Shown here: piece by piece, positions 1 to 9,800 of the stretch
Layout of the letters: the number at the start of each line of letters is the position of its first letter
Position numbering within the stretch: the stretch's first letter is position 1
DNA from: Myxococcota bacterium
Lineage (GTDB): Bacteria; Myxococcota_A; Polyangia; Nannocystales; Nannocystaceae
Direction of reading: 5' to 3'
Length of the DNA stretch: 64,000 nt
Assembly: GCA_039028615.1 (NCBI GenBank)
Contig: JBCCHT010000009.1
Span: 192,001 to 256,000, forward strand
Notes under the pieces: model-generated
Seen by the model: only the letters and a program-made list of their open reading frames with translations
Databases searched by the model: none
What the model was told of the DNA's origin: nothing
Made by a program: the position numbers and the translations under genes

Positions 1-400
1 GATCGCGGACCCGCTTGCACTGGGCCGCCCACTTCACGTGCGGCTCGATCAGCGACATCTGATCGATGTCTTGCAGCGCGCCGCGACCCTTGAGGACGGT
101 GGCCGTGGCTCCGCCCAGCAGGATGACCGGCGACTGGGCCATCTGGGCGTTTTTGATCGCCGTGATCGTGTTCGTCACGCCCGGCCCCGCCGTCACCGCG
201 GCCACACCGGGGATGCCCGTCATGCGAGCCACCGCGTCCGCGGCGAACACCGCGTTCACCTCGTGGCGCACGTCGATGATCCGAATGTCGCGTCGCTTCG
301 CGCCGACCAGGATCGGCGAGATGTGCCCGCCGCACAGCGTGAACAAAAAGCGCACCCCTTGGCGGCGCAGGACCTCCGCGATTTGATCTCCACCGTTCAT
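1..400 (-). CDS. Thiamine pyrophosphate-binding enzyme (acetolactate synthase-like / 2-hydroxyacyl-CoA lyase-like), N-terminal part; runs off the window edge
   Basis: Read manually: [31 protein letters not shown]...[35 protein letters not shown]...[10 protein letters not shown], typical of the TPP N-terminal domain. ATG at 400 overlaps the TGA of the upstream thioesterase (ATGA). Confidence 0.9.
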   Translation of the reverse strand, partial: MNGGDQIAEVLRRQGVRFLFTLCGGHISPILVGAKRRDIRIIDVRHEVNAVFAADAVARMTGIPGVAAVTAGPGVTNTITAIKNAQMAQSPVILLGGATATVLKGRGALQDIDQMSLIEPHVKWAAQCKRVRD

Positions 401-798
401 GACGTCTCCTCCTTGGGGGCCAGCACGTGTCGCGGCGGCACGAAGCAGGTGAGGACCCCGGTGAGCACCACCGTCTCGTCCGCTCGCACCTCCACCTCGA
501 CGATGTGCTTTTTGCCCTTCGTCTCCGTCACCCGTGCCGTCGCCACCACCGCTTGGCCCACCGTCACGGGGGCGACGAAGCGAAGGTCCGCCGCTCCCAG
601 CACCACCGTCGGTTCGTTCACCGCCAGCATCGCCGCGTGGTCGGCCAGCCCGAACACGAATCCACCGTGCACCAGGTCGTGCTCGTCCGCTCGCATGCGC
701 GGACCGGGAACCATGCGGACCGACGCCGTGCCGTCGCCCACCGCCTCGGGCGTGCCGCATAGCTCGGAATCGAGGGAGTGATGGGTACGAATGTCCAC
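397..798 (-). CDS. PaaI-family hotdog-fold thioesterase
   Basis: [16 protein letters not shown] motif; 133 aa; coupled to the TPP gene. Confidence 0.85.
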   Translation of the reverse strand: MDIRTHHSLDSELCGTPEAVGDGTASVRMVPGPRMRADEHDLVHGGFVFGLADHAAMLAVNEPTVVLGAADLRFVAPVTVGQAVVATARVTETKGKKHIVEVEVRADETVVLTGVLTCFVPPRHVLAPKEETS

Positions 799-958
799 GG
801 GGAGCAGGAGGATACGATCGTTCCCCCGGGGGTGCTCGGTCCAGAGTGCTCTGTGTATCTGTTTGATATTGCTCGGCTAAATCTACGGTTGAGATTGAGA
901 AGACAATCGTGCTTGACGGGGTAGGGGCGGCGCAGGTACCTAAGCGCCCGCGACAAAT

Positions 959-1031
959 TCCGGAGTAGCTCAGTTGGTAGAGCAGGCGGCTGTTAACCGC
1001 CGGGTCAGGGGTTCGAGTCCCTTCTCCGGAG
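959..1031 (+). tRNA. tRNA-Asn (GTT), CCA not encoded
   Basis: Acceptor stem TCCGGAG/CTCCGGA, D-arm AGCTCAGTTGGTAGAGC, anticodon arm GGCGG-CTGTTAA-CCGCC, T-loop GGTTCGAGTCC; 73 nt. Confidence 0.97.
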
Positions 1032-1077
1032 CAACGAAAAAGGCGACCCACTGGGTCGCCTTTTTTCGTTGCTCCGG
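1026..1077 (+). terminator. Intrinsic terminator downstream of tRNA-Asn
   Basis: GGCGACCCA-C-TGGGTCGCC stem flanked by A5 and T6; the inverted repeat extends to CCGGAGCAACG/CGTTGCTCCGG. Confidence 0.85.
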
Positions 1078-1153
1078 CGAAGGGCCTCAGCCAAAGCGGG
1101 CCCGTCTTCGACGGGTCCGCTTTTGGTCGAGCCCCTCTGGGTAGGAGCGGGAG

Positions 1154-1184
1154 AAGAAGGCGGCCCCTTGGGGGCGCCTTCTTT
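1154..1184. terminator. Second hairpin, possible bidirectional terminator
   Basis: AAGAAGGCGGCCCC-TTG-GGGGCGCCTTCTT(T), with one bulge; lies between the tRNA and the convergent 1250..1657 gene. Confidence 0.55.
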
Positions 1185-1249
1185 GGTGTTGGGCGAAGGA
1201 CCTCCGGCTCGGTTTTCGAGAACGCGATGGACCTGCGTCTCGGGTGGGG

Positions 1250-1657
1250 TCATCCATCGGGTTTCTGAGCCCAGAGGCTGTCGTCGTTCCATGTCGCCCA
1301 GACGAACCAGGCGAGGTTGCCGGTGTCGAGGGATACGAAGAGCAGGACCAGTGCGCTGGTGAGGGTGCTTGGGGGGCAGAGGTACAGGCCGGGGAGGACG
1401 AGCATCCCGAGCATGGGGATGCCGGAGATGTGGCGCTGTGCTTCCTCGGTTTGGTGGAGGCGTCGTAGCAGCCATGGGCGGAGGAACCATAGGTAGAGGT
1501 TCAGCAGGCTGATCAGGCCGCCCAAGGCAATGAGTCCGTAGCCGGCGAGTGCGAAGGTTCCCGAGCCCAGTCTCCAGTCGGAGGCGAAGCTGGCGATCGG
1601 GATCGCGAACACGGCCAGCGCGGTGGCGACTCCGGCGGCTCGCGTCGCGTTGCGCAT
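1250..1657 (-). CDS. Small membrane protein, hypothetical
   Basis: 135 aa with 3-4 hydrophobic segments. Confidence 0.6.
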   Translation of the reverse strand: MRNATRAAGVATALAVFAIPIASFASDWRLGSGTFALAGYGLIALGGLISLLNLYLWFLRPWLLRRLHQTEEAQRHISGIPMLGMLVLPGLYLCPPSTLTSALVLLFVSLDTGNLAWFVWATWNDDSLWAQKPDG

Positions 1658-1814
1658 GTCACCAGTCTACGGCGGCGATGATGCGAACGCTCGTGGTCGA
1701 AGGCGATTGACGCGATGGCAGCGAAGAGGGCGAGCGTGGACGAGCCGTCTCGTAGCGAGGCCTGGTTTGCCTCATCGCAGCATGAGGAAGCGAGAAGAGT
1801 GGTGGGGCTCGTGG

Positions 1815-3353
1815 CTACCGGTGGGGGCGTTCGATGCCCAGCTTGTTCATACGAAAGCGGAGGGTGCTGGGGTTCATCCCGAGGGCTTCGGCCGCGCCGC
1901 CTCGCCCGGCGACCTGCCAGTCGTAGCGTTCGAGGGTGTCGCGGAGGTGAGCCGCGACGGCTTCGTCGAGGGTGAGGACCCGGCCGTCGGCTCGCTTGGG
2001 GCTCGGCCGACGCGAGATGGCGGTCGCGCCGAAGCTCGGGAACTCGAGTCGGCCACCGCGGCTCAGGATCAGCGCTCGTTCGACGATGTTCTGGAGCTCG
2101 CGGACGTTGCCGGGCCAGTCGTAGCGCTCGAGGCGAGCCAGATCGCGGCCCTGGACTCCAGGCACGTGCGGGAGGTTCATCTCCTGGGCCTTGCGCTCGA
2201 CGAAGTAACGGACGAGCGAGGGGATGTCTTCGCGTCGGAGCCGGAGGGGTGGGATGCGGATGGGGAAGACGTTGAGGCGATACCAAAGGTCCTCGCGGAA
2301 GGTGCCGTCGCGGACCATCTGCTCGAGGTCCCGATGCGTGGCCGCGATGACGCGGACGTCGGTGTCCACGGTCTCGATGCCCCCCACGCGTTCGAAGCGA
2401 TGTTCCTGGAGGATACGGAGCAGCTTGACCTGCGCTTCGGGGCTGAGCTCGCCGATCTCGTCGAGGAAGAGCGTGCCGCCGTGTGCTCGTTCGAAGCGTC
2501 CTCGCTTGCGGGCCACGGCTCCGGTGAACGCTCCCTTTTCGTGGCCGAACAGCTCGCTGTCGAGGAGCGTGTCGGGAATGGCTCCGCACTGCATGGAGAT
2601 CATCGGCCCGCTGCCGCGCGGCGAGGCGGTGTGGATGGCATTGGCGATGACCTCCTTGCCCGTCCCGGTCTCCCCCAGCAGCAGGGTGGGGCTGTTGGAG
2701 ACCGCGACTTGTCGCACCTGGTCCATCACGCCGCGAAGTCCGAAGTCGGCCCCCACCACCTGAATCCCGACTTTGCGCTTGATGTCGGCCGCGAGCGCGG
2801 CGTTGTCCTCCGCCAGGCGGTCCTTGAGGGCAGACAGCTCTTCGTAGCGTCGCGCGTTCATCATCGCGATTGCGAAGGGGTCGCGGACGGAGTGGAGCAG
2901 GCGGCCATGTGCGGCGGTGAAGCGGCCGAGCCCTCGGCCGGACACCAACAATGCCCCGACGTTTACGCCGCCCGAGTCCAGGTTGACGAAGATCGCGGAA
3001 TCGGTGTGCAACCCGGGAAATGCCTCGAGCAGGGCCCCGACGTTGCCCTCGGGCCCGTTCGAGATGGTGGCCGGTTGATTGGGAGGCAGCGAGCGCGAGT
3101 GCTCGAGCAGGCCTGGTGTCATGTCGATGGCAGGTGCACCCGCCGTCCACACGTAGCGCGCCCCGGGGTGGGAGACCTTCGCGATCACCTTGATCTGCAT
3201 CGCGTCGAAGTCGTTGAACCCCAACCCCATCGTCTCGATGGGGATGTGCCGTCGGACATACGCGAACGCGTTCCGCAGGGCTTCGTCGATGTCGAGCGTG
3301 CCGCAGATGTGCCGGGTCGTCTCGCGGAAGAAGGCCGTCTCTGGGGTCGACAT
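1815..3353 (-). CDS. Sigma-54-dependent enhancer-binding protein (GAF-like + AAA+ + Fis HTH; FhlA/NifA-like)
   Basis: Walker A GETGTGKE, SELFGHEKGAFTGA, Walker B LFLDEIGE, WPGNVRELQN, C-terminal HTH AAEALGMNPSTLRFRM. Confidence 0.95.
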   Translation of the reverse strand: MSTPETAFFRETTRHICGTLDIDEALRNAFAYVRRHIPIETMGLGFNDFDAMQIKVIAKVSHPGARYVWTAGAPAIDMTPGLLEHSRSLPPNQPATISNGPEGNVGALLEAFPGLHTDSAIFVNLDSGGVNVGALLVSGRGLGRFTAAHGRLLHSVRDPFAIAMMNARRYEELSALKDRLAEDNAALAADIKRKVGIQVVGADFGLRGVMDQVRQVAVSNSPTLLLGETGTGKEVIANAIHTASPRGSGPMISMQCGAIPDTLLDSELFGHEKGAFTGAVARKRGRFERAHGGTLFLDEIGELSPEAQVKLLRILQEHRFERVGGIETVDTDVRVIAATHRDLEQMVRDGTFREDLWYRLNVFPIRIPPLRLRREDIPSLVRYFVERKAQEMNLPHVPGVQGRDLARLERYDWPGNVRELQNIVERALILSRGGRLEFPSFGATAISRRPSPKRADGRVLTLDEAVAAHLRDTLERYDWQVAGRGGAAEALGMNPSTLRFRMNKLGIERPHR

Positions 3354-3359
3354 TGCTGG

Positions 3360-3413
3360 CGCAATATACTGCGCTAACGCAATATGTTGCTCTCCACGGC
3401 GCAGTATATTGCG
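3360..3413. promoter_or_regulatory. Probable enhancer (UAS) sites for the adjacent sigma54 activator
   Basis: Perfect 15-bp inverted repeat CGCAATATACTGCGC (3360-3374) / GCGCAGTATATTGCG (3399-3413), with a third degenerate copy CGCAATATGTTGC (3378-3390). Confidence 0.7.
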
Positions 3414-3466
3414 TAATGGCGATGCCGGAAATCCAACTAGTCTATTGTTTTTAGGTGTTTATGAGA

Positions 3467-3481
3467 TGTCACGGGGCGTGC
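3467..3481 (+). promoter_or_regulatory. Possible degenerate sigma54 -24/-12 promoter
   Basis: TGTCACGGGGCGTGC versus consensus TGGCACGNNNNTTGC (2 mismatches, one in the GG); preceded by an AT-rich tract; 28 bp before the ATG at 3510. Confidence 0.4.
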
Positions 3482-3509
3482 TTTGAAAGGCGTCGAGGAG
3501 CACGATCAG

Positions 3510-4424
3510 ATGGACGCAGCTCAGACCACCGCGTTTTTGGAGGGCCTGGCCCACACCTTGGCCAAGCCCGTACGAACCCCGATTCTTCGCAAGCCCGACG
3601 AGTACGGACTGGCCTACGAGGAGGTCACCTTCACCGCCGATGACGGCGTCGAACTGCACGGGTGGTTCATCCCGGGAAGCTCGAACGAGCTGATCATCCA
3701 CAACCACTTTTCTCCCGCGACTCGCTACGGCTTTCCGGGGCACTTGGAGGGCTTCGAGGCGTCCGGCGGCTTCGAGGTGAACTTCCTGCCGAAGTACAAG
3801 GCGCTCCACGACGCGGGCTACAACATCCTGACCTACGACATGCGCAACCACGGGCAGAGCAGCGCCTCGCCCAACGAGCTGTGCGGCGTGGGTTATTGGG
3901 AGTGGCAGGACGTGGTGGGCTCGCTGCAGTTCGCCAGGACCTGGGACCGCACGGCGGGCATGCGCATCAGCCTACAGAGCATGTGTATGGGGGCGAACTC
4001 CACCCTCCGCGCCATGCAGAAGCGCCCGGAGGCGTTCGCCGACATCCGCAGCTGGATCCTCATCCAACCCCTCCACGGACAGACCTGTATCGAGCGTAGC
4101 TGCGAAGCGATGGGGATCGACGTGGGCAGCGGGCTGAAGGAGTTCGCACCGATCAACGAGGCGCTCACCGGGCTGACCTTCGCCGACCACGACATGCGTC
4201 CTCTGATCCGACACGTGAAGATCCCGACGCTCATGCTGCAAGTCCGTCAGGACATGGTCTCGCGCGAGTCCGACATCCAAGAGCTCTTCGAGATGCTGGA
4301 GGTCGAGGACAAAGACATCATCTGGGTCGAAGACACGCCGTGGCGCTTCCACGGGTACACGTACTTCTCCGAGCACCCCGAGCGCATGGTGCAGTGGTAC
4401 GATGCCCACTCGGGTCGGGGCTGA
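3510..4424 (+). CDS. Alpha/beta hydrolase with Cys at the nucleophile elbow
   Basis: GVELHGWFIPG, YDMRNHGQS, SMCMGA; RBS GAGGAG before ATG 3510 (the track's TTG start at 3483 is less likely). Confidence 0.85.
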   Translation: MDAAQTTAFLEGLAHTLAKPVRTPILRKPDEYGLAYEEVTFTADDGVELHGWFIPGSSNELIIHNHFSPATRYGFPGHLEGFEASGGFEVNFLPKYKALHDAGYNILTYDMRNHGQSSASPNELCGVGYWEWQDVVGSLQFARTWDRTAGMRISLQSMCMGANSTLRAMQKRPEAFADIRSWILIQPLHGQTCIERSCEAMGIDVGSGLKEFAPINEALTGLTFADHDMRPLIRHVKIPTLMLQVRQDMVSRESDIQELFEMLEVEDKDIIWVEDTPWRFHGYTYFSEHPERMVQWYDAHSGRG

Positions 4425-4430
4425 GCCCCC

Positions 4431-4733
4431 ATGAAGTGGATTGAGCTCATTCGGGTGCGGTCCTCGGAGGCGACCCTCCGCGCGGCCCTCCCGACGCTGG
4501 CGGAGCAGATCCGTGAACTCGAATCGTCGAGACCGGATGTCGAGACCCTGTTCCTGCAGCATGCCCTGTACGACGGGGACCTCGCCGTCGTGGCGATCTG
4601 GCAGACGGACTCGCCAGCCGCGAAGACCCGCGAGGGCCTCCTGGTCGCGGAGAGCCTGGCCGGGCTGGGCACCGTGGACCATGCCGTCTGGATTCCCACC
4701 TCTGAACTCTCGAACACACCAAGAAGGATTTGA
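4431..4733 (+). CDS. Hypothetical 100-aa protein
   Basis: Tightly packed between the two hydrolases; plausible composition. Confidence 0.7.
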   Translation: MKWIELIRVRSSEATLRAALPTLAEQIRELESSRPDVETLFLQHALYDGDLAVVAIWQTDSPAAKTREGLLVAESLAGLGTVDHAVWIPTSELSNTPRRI

Positions 4734-4736
4734 ACC

Positions 4737-5612
4737 ATGTTCGCCGAACGCATTTCAGACATGATGATCAAGCCGGGAAGCTCTCCCGTCTTCGGCACCC
4801 CGGCCGACTACGGCCTCGACTACGAAGACGTGGCGTTCGACGCCAGTGACGGCGTCACCCTTCGTGGCTGGCTCGTCAAGGGAGGCACCGACAAGGTCAT
4901 CGTGCAGTCGCACTTCGGAGTGCAGAGCAGCCGGGCGGGCTTTACCCCCGAAGGCAAAGGCATGATCAAGCTATGGAAGGCGGACATCCCTTTCCTGCGT
5001 CATGTGAAGGCCCTCGTGGACGCGGGCTACTCCGTGCTGATGTATGACTTTCGTAACCACGGGGACAGCGATGCCGGCACGTGTCCGTGGGTGTCGTGGG
5101 GCCCCGAGGAACACAAGGACGTGCTGGCCGCGGTGAAGTTCGTCAGCGAGCATCCCGAGTACGGGTCTGCGGACATCGGGCTGCTCAGCATCTGCATGGG
5201 CGCGGCGTCGACCACCTACGCATACGGCAAGGAAGACGGGCTCGCAGCGTTCCCCAAGATCAAGGCGTTGCTGGCGGTGCAGCCTCTGCTCTATCCCGAC
5301 TTCGTGCACGGGCTCGGGATCCCCGGCTTTCTCAGTCGGGGCGCGAGCAAGGTGAACCTGGAGCGCACGGGAATCGACCTGGACACGACCTCGTTCCTAC
5401 CCCACGTCAAGGACATCCCCGTGCCCACGCTCGTCGTCCAGAACAAGAACGACCCGTGGGCGAATGCCGAGCGAGTGCAGCAGTATCACGATGAGCTGAA
5501 GGTCGAAAAAGACCTCCTGTGGCTGGACCTGTCCAAGGACCGCGCCGCGGCGTACCACCACCTGGGCGAGCACCCGGAAATCGTCGTCGACTTCTTCGGC
5601 AAGCACATGTAA
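4737..5612 (+). CDS. Alpha/beta hydrolase, paralog of 3510..4424
   Basis: DGVTLRGWLV, YDFRNHGDS, GLLSICMGA. Confidence 0.88.
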   Translation: MFAERISDMMIKPGSSPVFGTPADYGLDYEDVAFDASDGVTLRGWLVKGGTDKVIVQSHFGVQSSRAGFTPEGKGMIKLWKADIPFLRHVKALVDAGYSVLMYDFRNHGDSDAGTCPWVSWGPEEHKDVLAAVKFVSEHPEYGSADIGLLSICMGAASTTYAYGKEDGLAAFPKIKALLAVQPLLYPDFVHGLGIPGFLSRGASKVNLERTGIDLDTTSFLPHVKDIPVPTLVVQNKNDPWANAERVQQYHDELKVEKDLLWLDLSKDRAAAYHHLGEHPEIVVDFFGKHM

Positions 5613-5631
5613 GCCGCGCGGGAGTTTTACG

Positions 5632-5672
5632 CACCGCCGTCACCACGAGCGAAGCGCGTGGTGGGGGCGGTG
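5632..5672. terminator. Imperfect hairpin between convergent genes
   Basis: CACCGCC..CACCACG...CGTGGTG..GGCGGTG. Confidence 0.4.
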
Positions 5673-5706
5673 GGCGTTTGCGACTTTGCGACCGCGGACG
5701 GCGACA

Positions 5707-6516
5707 CTAGGCCGGCGGCTTGGTCACGATCGCGAACTGCCCCGCGTTGCGTGCGATCTCGGCGTCAATCTGTGCCTGAGTTGCGTGCGGGGGCCCAAAG
5801 AACGCAGGGCGAGAAAAGGGGATCGTCAGGCCCGTACGAAAACTCGGCCGCTCGTGCAGCATGTCGATCCACGCCCGGAGATGGGGCTTGTCCGAGACGT
5901 CGGCGTTGGCCCAGTACGCGCTCGCGCAGTAGGCAAAGCACGCCACGTCGACGAGCGTGCATTGCTCTCCGAGAACGAAGGGGCCGCCGGAGCTTCGGAG
6001 CCGGTCGTCGAGCATGCCCAGGCAGCGCTCGGCCTCTGCGATGAACCGACCGATGGCGAACGGGTCGTCGTGGCCTTGCACCTTGGCGAGTCGCTGGAAG
6101 TACATCGCTTGGCCCATCGCGGGGCCGAGACCGCTCACCTGCCAGTAGAGCCATTGCTTGACCTGAAGGTGGAGCCGTCGGTCGTCGTCGGCCGAGGGAA
6201 GGAGCGAGCTTCCGAAGCGCGTGGCTGCGTACTCGAGGATGGCCCCGGATTCGGCCACGGTCACGCCGTGCGTGCGATCGATGAGCGCCGGGATGCGGCC
6301 GTTGGGGTTGACGGCCAAAAATCGCTCGCTGCGTTGCTCGCCCTCGGCGAAGTCGACCAGCGCCCAATCGTAGGGGACGCCCATCTCCTCGAAGAGGATG
6401 GGGAGCTTCCAGCCGTTTTGGGTCGCGTAGATGAGACAGCAGACTTCGCTATGCGAGCTGCTGTTCCATGCGTCGTCGAGGGCGACTTGGCGGGCGAGGG
6501 GGGAGGGGCTCGTCAT
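5707..6516 (-). CDS. Glutathione S-transferase (Ure2/YfcG-like)
   Basis: TQNGWK, FLAVNPNGRIPAL, ESGAILEY, WLYWQVSGLGPAMGQ, TLVDVA. Confidence 0.92.
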   Translation of the reverse strand: MTSPSPLARQVALDDAWNSSSHSEVCCLIYATQNGWKLPILFEEMGVPYDWALVDFAEGEQRSERFLAVNPNGRIPALIDRTHGVTVAESGAILEYAATRFGSSLLPSADDDRRLHLQVKQWLYWQVSGLGPAMGQAMYFQRLAKVQGHDDPFAIGRFIAEAERCLGMLDDRLRSSGGPFVLGEQCTLVDVACFAYCASAYWANADVSDKPHLRAWIDMLHERPSFRTGLTIPFSRPAFFGPPHATQAQIDAEIARNAGQFAIVTKPPA

Positions 6517-6876
6517 AGTGGTCCTGCTAGGGGGTGTGCGGAGTATGTACCGCGTCGGGACGGACTAGATCCGTAGGGCGGTCGGGGGAACCCGTGCTCA
6601 CGACTCTTGCCATCGCGGTCGCGCTTTGCAGGCGAGGACCGGCCAGCCGGGGCTCGCATCATGCTCGTCGCCAGGGTGTCCGCCCTCGGGACGGACGAAA
6701 AAAGTGCGAGCGGTGGAAATGATTCTGTTAGATGCCCGCGGCAGACGACCTACAGATTCTCGAAGTGTCGGTGCTGCCTTCCCCCTGGTAGCGCCGCCGC
6801 TCGTGCGCCGTCGTTCGTTCGCCGATCTCCCGGTGCGTGTACGCCCTCGTATTGAACCCCGACCCGATTCGACCCC

Positions 6877-9800
6877 ATGCCCGCGATCTATCCGCAGACC
6901 CTATCCGGTGGTTCCGTCGTTGCGCTCGCTCCGGCCACGGTGGCCAGCAACTGGGCGGACACGCTCGTCGTCAACGACCCGGACTTCGCGTTCAGCGACG
7001 AGCCTCCGGGGGGGCTTCCCGCCGATCGATTCATCTTCATCAGCGTTGCGTTTCGGCTGTTCCAGCCGGGCACCAACATCGAAGTGGCGGACAATATCGC
7101 TCATAACCTGCGGTTCAGCGCCGTACCGGCGCATTGGTTCGAGTCCGAGAATTTCGACCCCGCACTCACGGATCGAATCGTCAGTGGGGTTCTGCCGGAG
7201 CCGAGCGACCCGGTCGCGGGCGGAGGCACGGCCCAAACCATCGCGGCTCAGGGACTGGTCACGGTACTCGGAGAAGAGGTCTTTCCCATCTACGCGACGA
7301 TCTCGGCGACCAAGCCGGCCGACAACATTCGTCGGCTGGAGATCATGCTCGACGACGACAACGACGAGTACAACACGACGCACCAGTGGGTGCTGATCGT
7401 GCGCTCCGAGTACGACGTTCGGGAGCTGACGTGGGCGGTCGCCCCGGCGAGCGCGGCTCCCTCTGCGCCGTGGAGCGACTCGGAGCAGCCGTGGATTCAC
7501 ATTCCGAGCAACACGGTCGACGTCAACGGCGGGTTGGCGGTCCCACCGAATAGCGAGACGGATGTCGCGGTGCCGGTCACCAACTATGGCCCCGGCTCGC
7601 TGGAGATCCCGAGCGGAAACCTCGGTGCTGGTTCGTTGGGGTTCTCGATCGCGGCTCCGGTCACCATCCCGCCCGCGAGCACGGGCTCGATCGTCGTGCG
7701 GTTCTCGGCACCGGCCGCGGCCAGCGTTGTGGAGCTGAACGCGAGCGTTTCTGGAGATCCGGCCGCGATCGCGTTGTCGACCAACGCGGCCTCCGAGCAC
7801 AATTCCGAGCTCTCCATGTCGGCTACGGTCGGTGCCGTAGACCTGGCCCTGGTGCTCGACACCTCGGGCAGCATGAGATGGTCGCGCGACGGCCTCGTCA
7901 AGAACCCGGCGATCGGGGAACGTCGATGGGACGATTTCACCGAAGCCGCGGCCTCGCTGGCGAACGACTACGTCAACTTTCTCGGCGACGGGGTGGGGTC
8001 GCTCGACGCGGGTCGGCTCTCGGTCGCGTTGTTCCCCGGCGGAGCCCCCGACGGCATATTGCCCGGGTTCGACGGCTCTGCGCCGCTGACGAGCAGCACG
8101 GCGTCGAACCTGCGAAGTGCACTCGAGGCGATCACTCCCACCGGGAACACCCCGATGGGCGTGGGCATCGGCCGGGCCATGGGCATCGGCAACGACCTGG
8201 GGCTGTTCGAGGATTCGTCGAGCAGTCGGTGGATGGTGCTCATGTCCGACGGTGAGCACAACACGGGCCAGGACCCCGAGGAGTACGCCGACGGCAACGA
8301 CAACCCGCCGGATTTCTTCGACAAGAACGTCCGTCTGATCACGGTCGCGTACGGCCTCGCCGGAGAAACCGAGGTCGACCACGCGCGGCTCGAGGGGTTG
8401 GTGACCAGCACTGCCGCCGAAGAGGTGGCCGCCGAGATCCCCGACGGCGAGCGCTCGTCGGCAGTCGTTCACGGAACCGGCGATGTCGTGTCCAAGTTCC
8501 GAACACTGCTGACCAAGGTGCTCGGGGTCTCCGAGCTCGTGGACCCGTGGGCCTCGTTGAGCCCAGGTGCCTCCAATACGCACGAATTCACCGTGTCCAA
8601 GCTCGACGATGGGCTGAGCGCGATGGTGAACTGGCCGGGGGCGGCGGGGGGGAAACTCCTCCAGGTCTCGCTCGCCTCGCCGCTATGCGAGGTCTTCGAC
8701 GAAGGGGCGCTGTCCCGACACGAAGTGCTGCGCCTACACGGCTCGCGGCATCTCAAGAGCGTGTTCGTGCCCAAGGCCTTCGTCCATGGCGCCATCGATG
8801 GTCGCACCCGATACGGGACCTGGAAGCTCATCGTGCGCCACCTGGATGCGGGCAACGAGGGGGAAGCTCCGTCGCTCGACTACAACTACTCCATCCTCTG
8901 CGCATCGCGGCTGAGGCTCGGGCTCTCGCTCGCCGAGACGTCGCACGAGACCGGGCAACCGCTGCAGTTTTCGGCGAAGCTGCGACTATCGGGAGGCCTG
9001 CCGGTGGAGGGCGCAACGGTCAAGCTCGCGCTCACGCGGCCGACGAGCAGCTACAACAATGCGCTCGCGGGCACTTCGGTGGGGCCCAAGCAGCTCGAGC
9101 CGGTGTCGGAGCTCATGGCCGAAGTGGACCCGCTCGCGGGATGGGCCGTGAAGGCGCACGCCATCAAGCTGATGCTCGGCCAGGACTTGGTGATGCCGAC
9201 ACTGACCACCGAGGTCCCCATGGTCGAGACGGAGCCCGGGGTCTATCGATTCGAGTTCGAGCAGACGTTCTTGCCCGGGACCTATCAGGCCTTGATCGTA
9301 GCCACGGGGACCGCAGACGGAGAATCGTTCCGGCGAGAGGCGACCGTCCAGGCTCAGGTCGTGGCTCGACCGGAGCCCGAAGCCACGGAGATCGACTACC
9401 AGTTCGGTCTCGATGGGCAGCTGATCGCGCACGTGCGTCTCCAAGATGCGTACGGGAACACGGTGCTGGCCGAACTCGGTGATCGACCCGAGGTCAGCGT
9501 GGAGGCGCGGGGACTACCACCGTCCGGTGAGATCCAGACCAACTACGACGGCTGGTACACGCAGGCCTTTCCCGCCGCGACGGAGCCGACGCAGTTGGTC
9601 GTGCGCTACGACGATGAAATCGTCAGTGAGCCCGAGGTCATTCCAGTCCTCGAGCACATGCGGTGGATGGAAGAGGTGCTCTTCTACCGGAGCGCACCGA
9701 AAGAAGACGATGCGCACTCGGACCCGAAGGTGGCGCTGGGACCCGTCCGGGGCCCGACCGACCCGTTCGTTGCCCTCGGTGGTGCGGGGATGATCATGCT

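Noticed and set aside
6517..6876. Promoter or sigma54 site for the eCIS operon in the 360-bp intergenic region
   Set aside because: No convincing -24/-12 or -35/-10 pair with correct spacing could be identified by eye.
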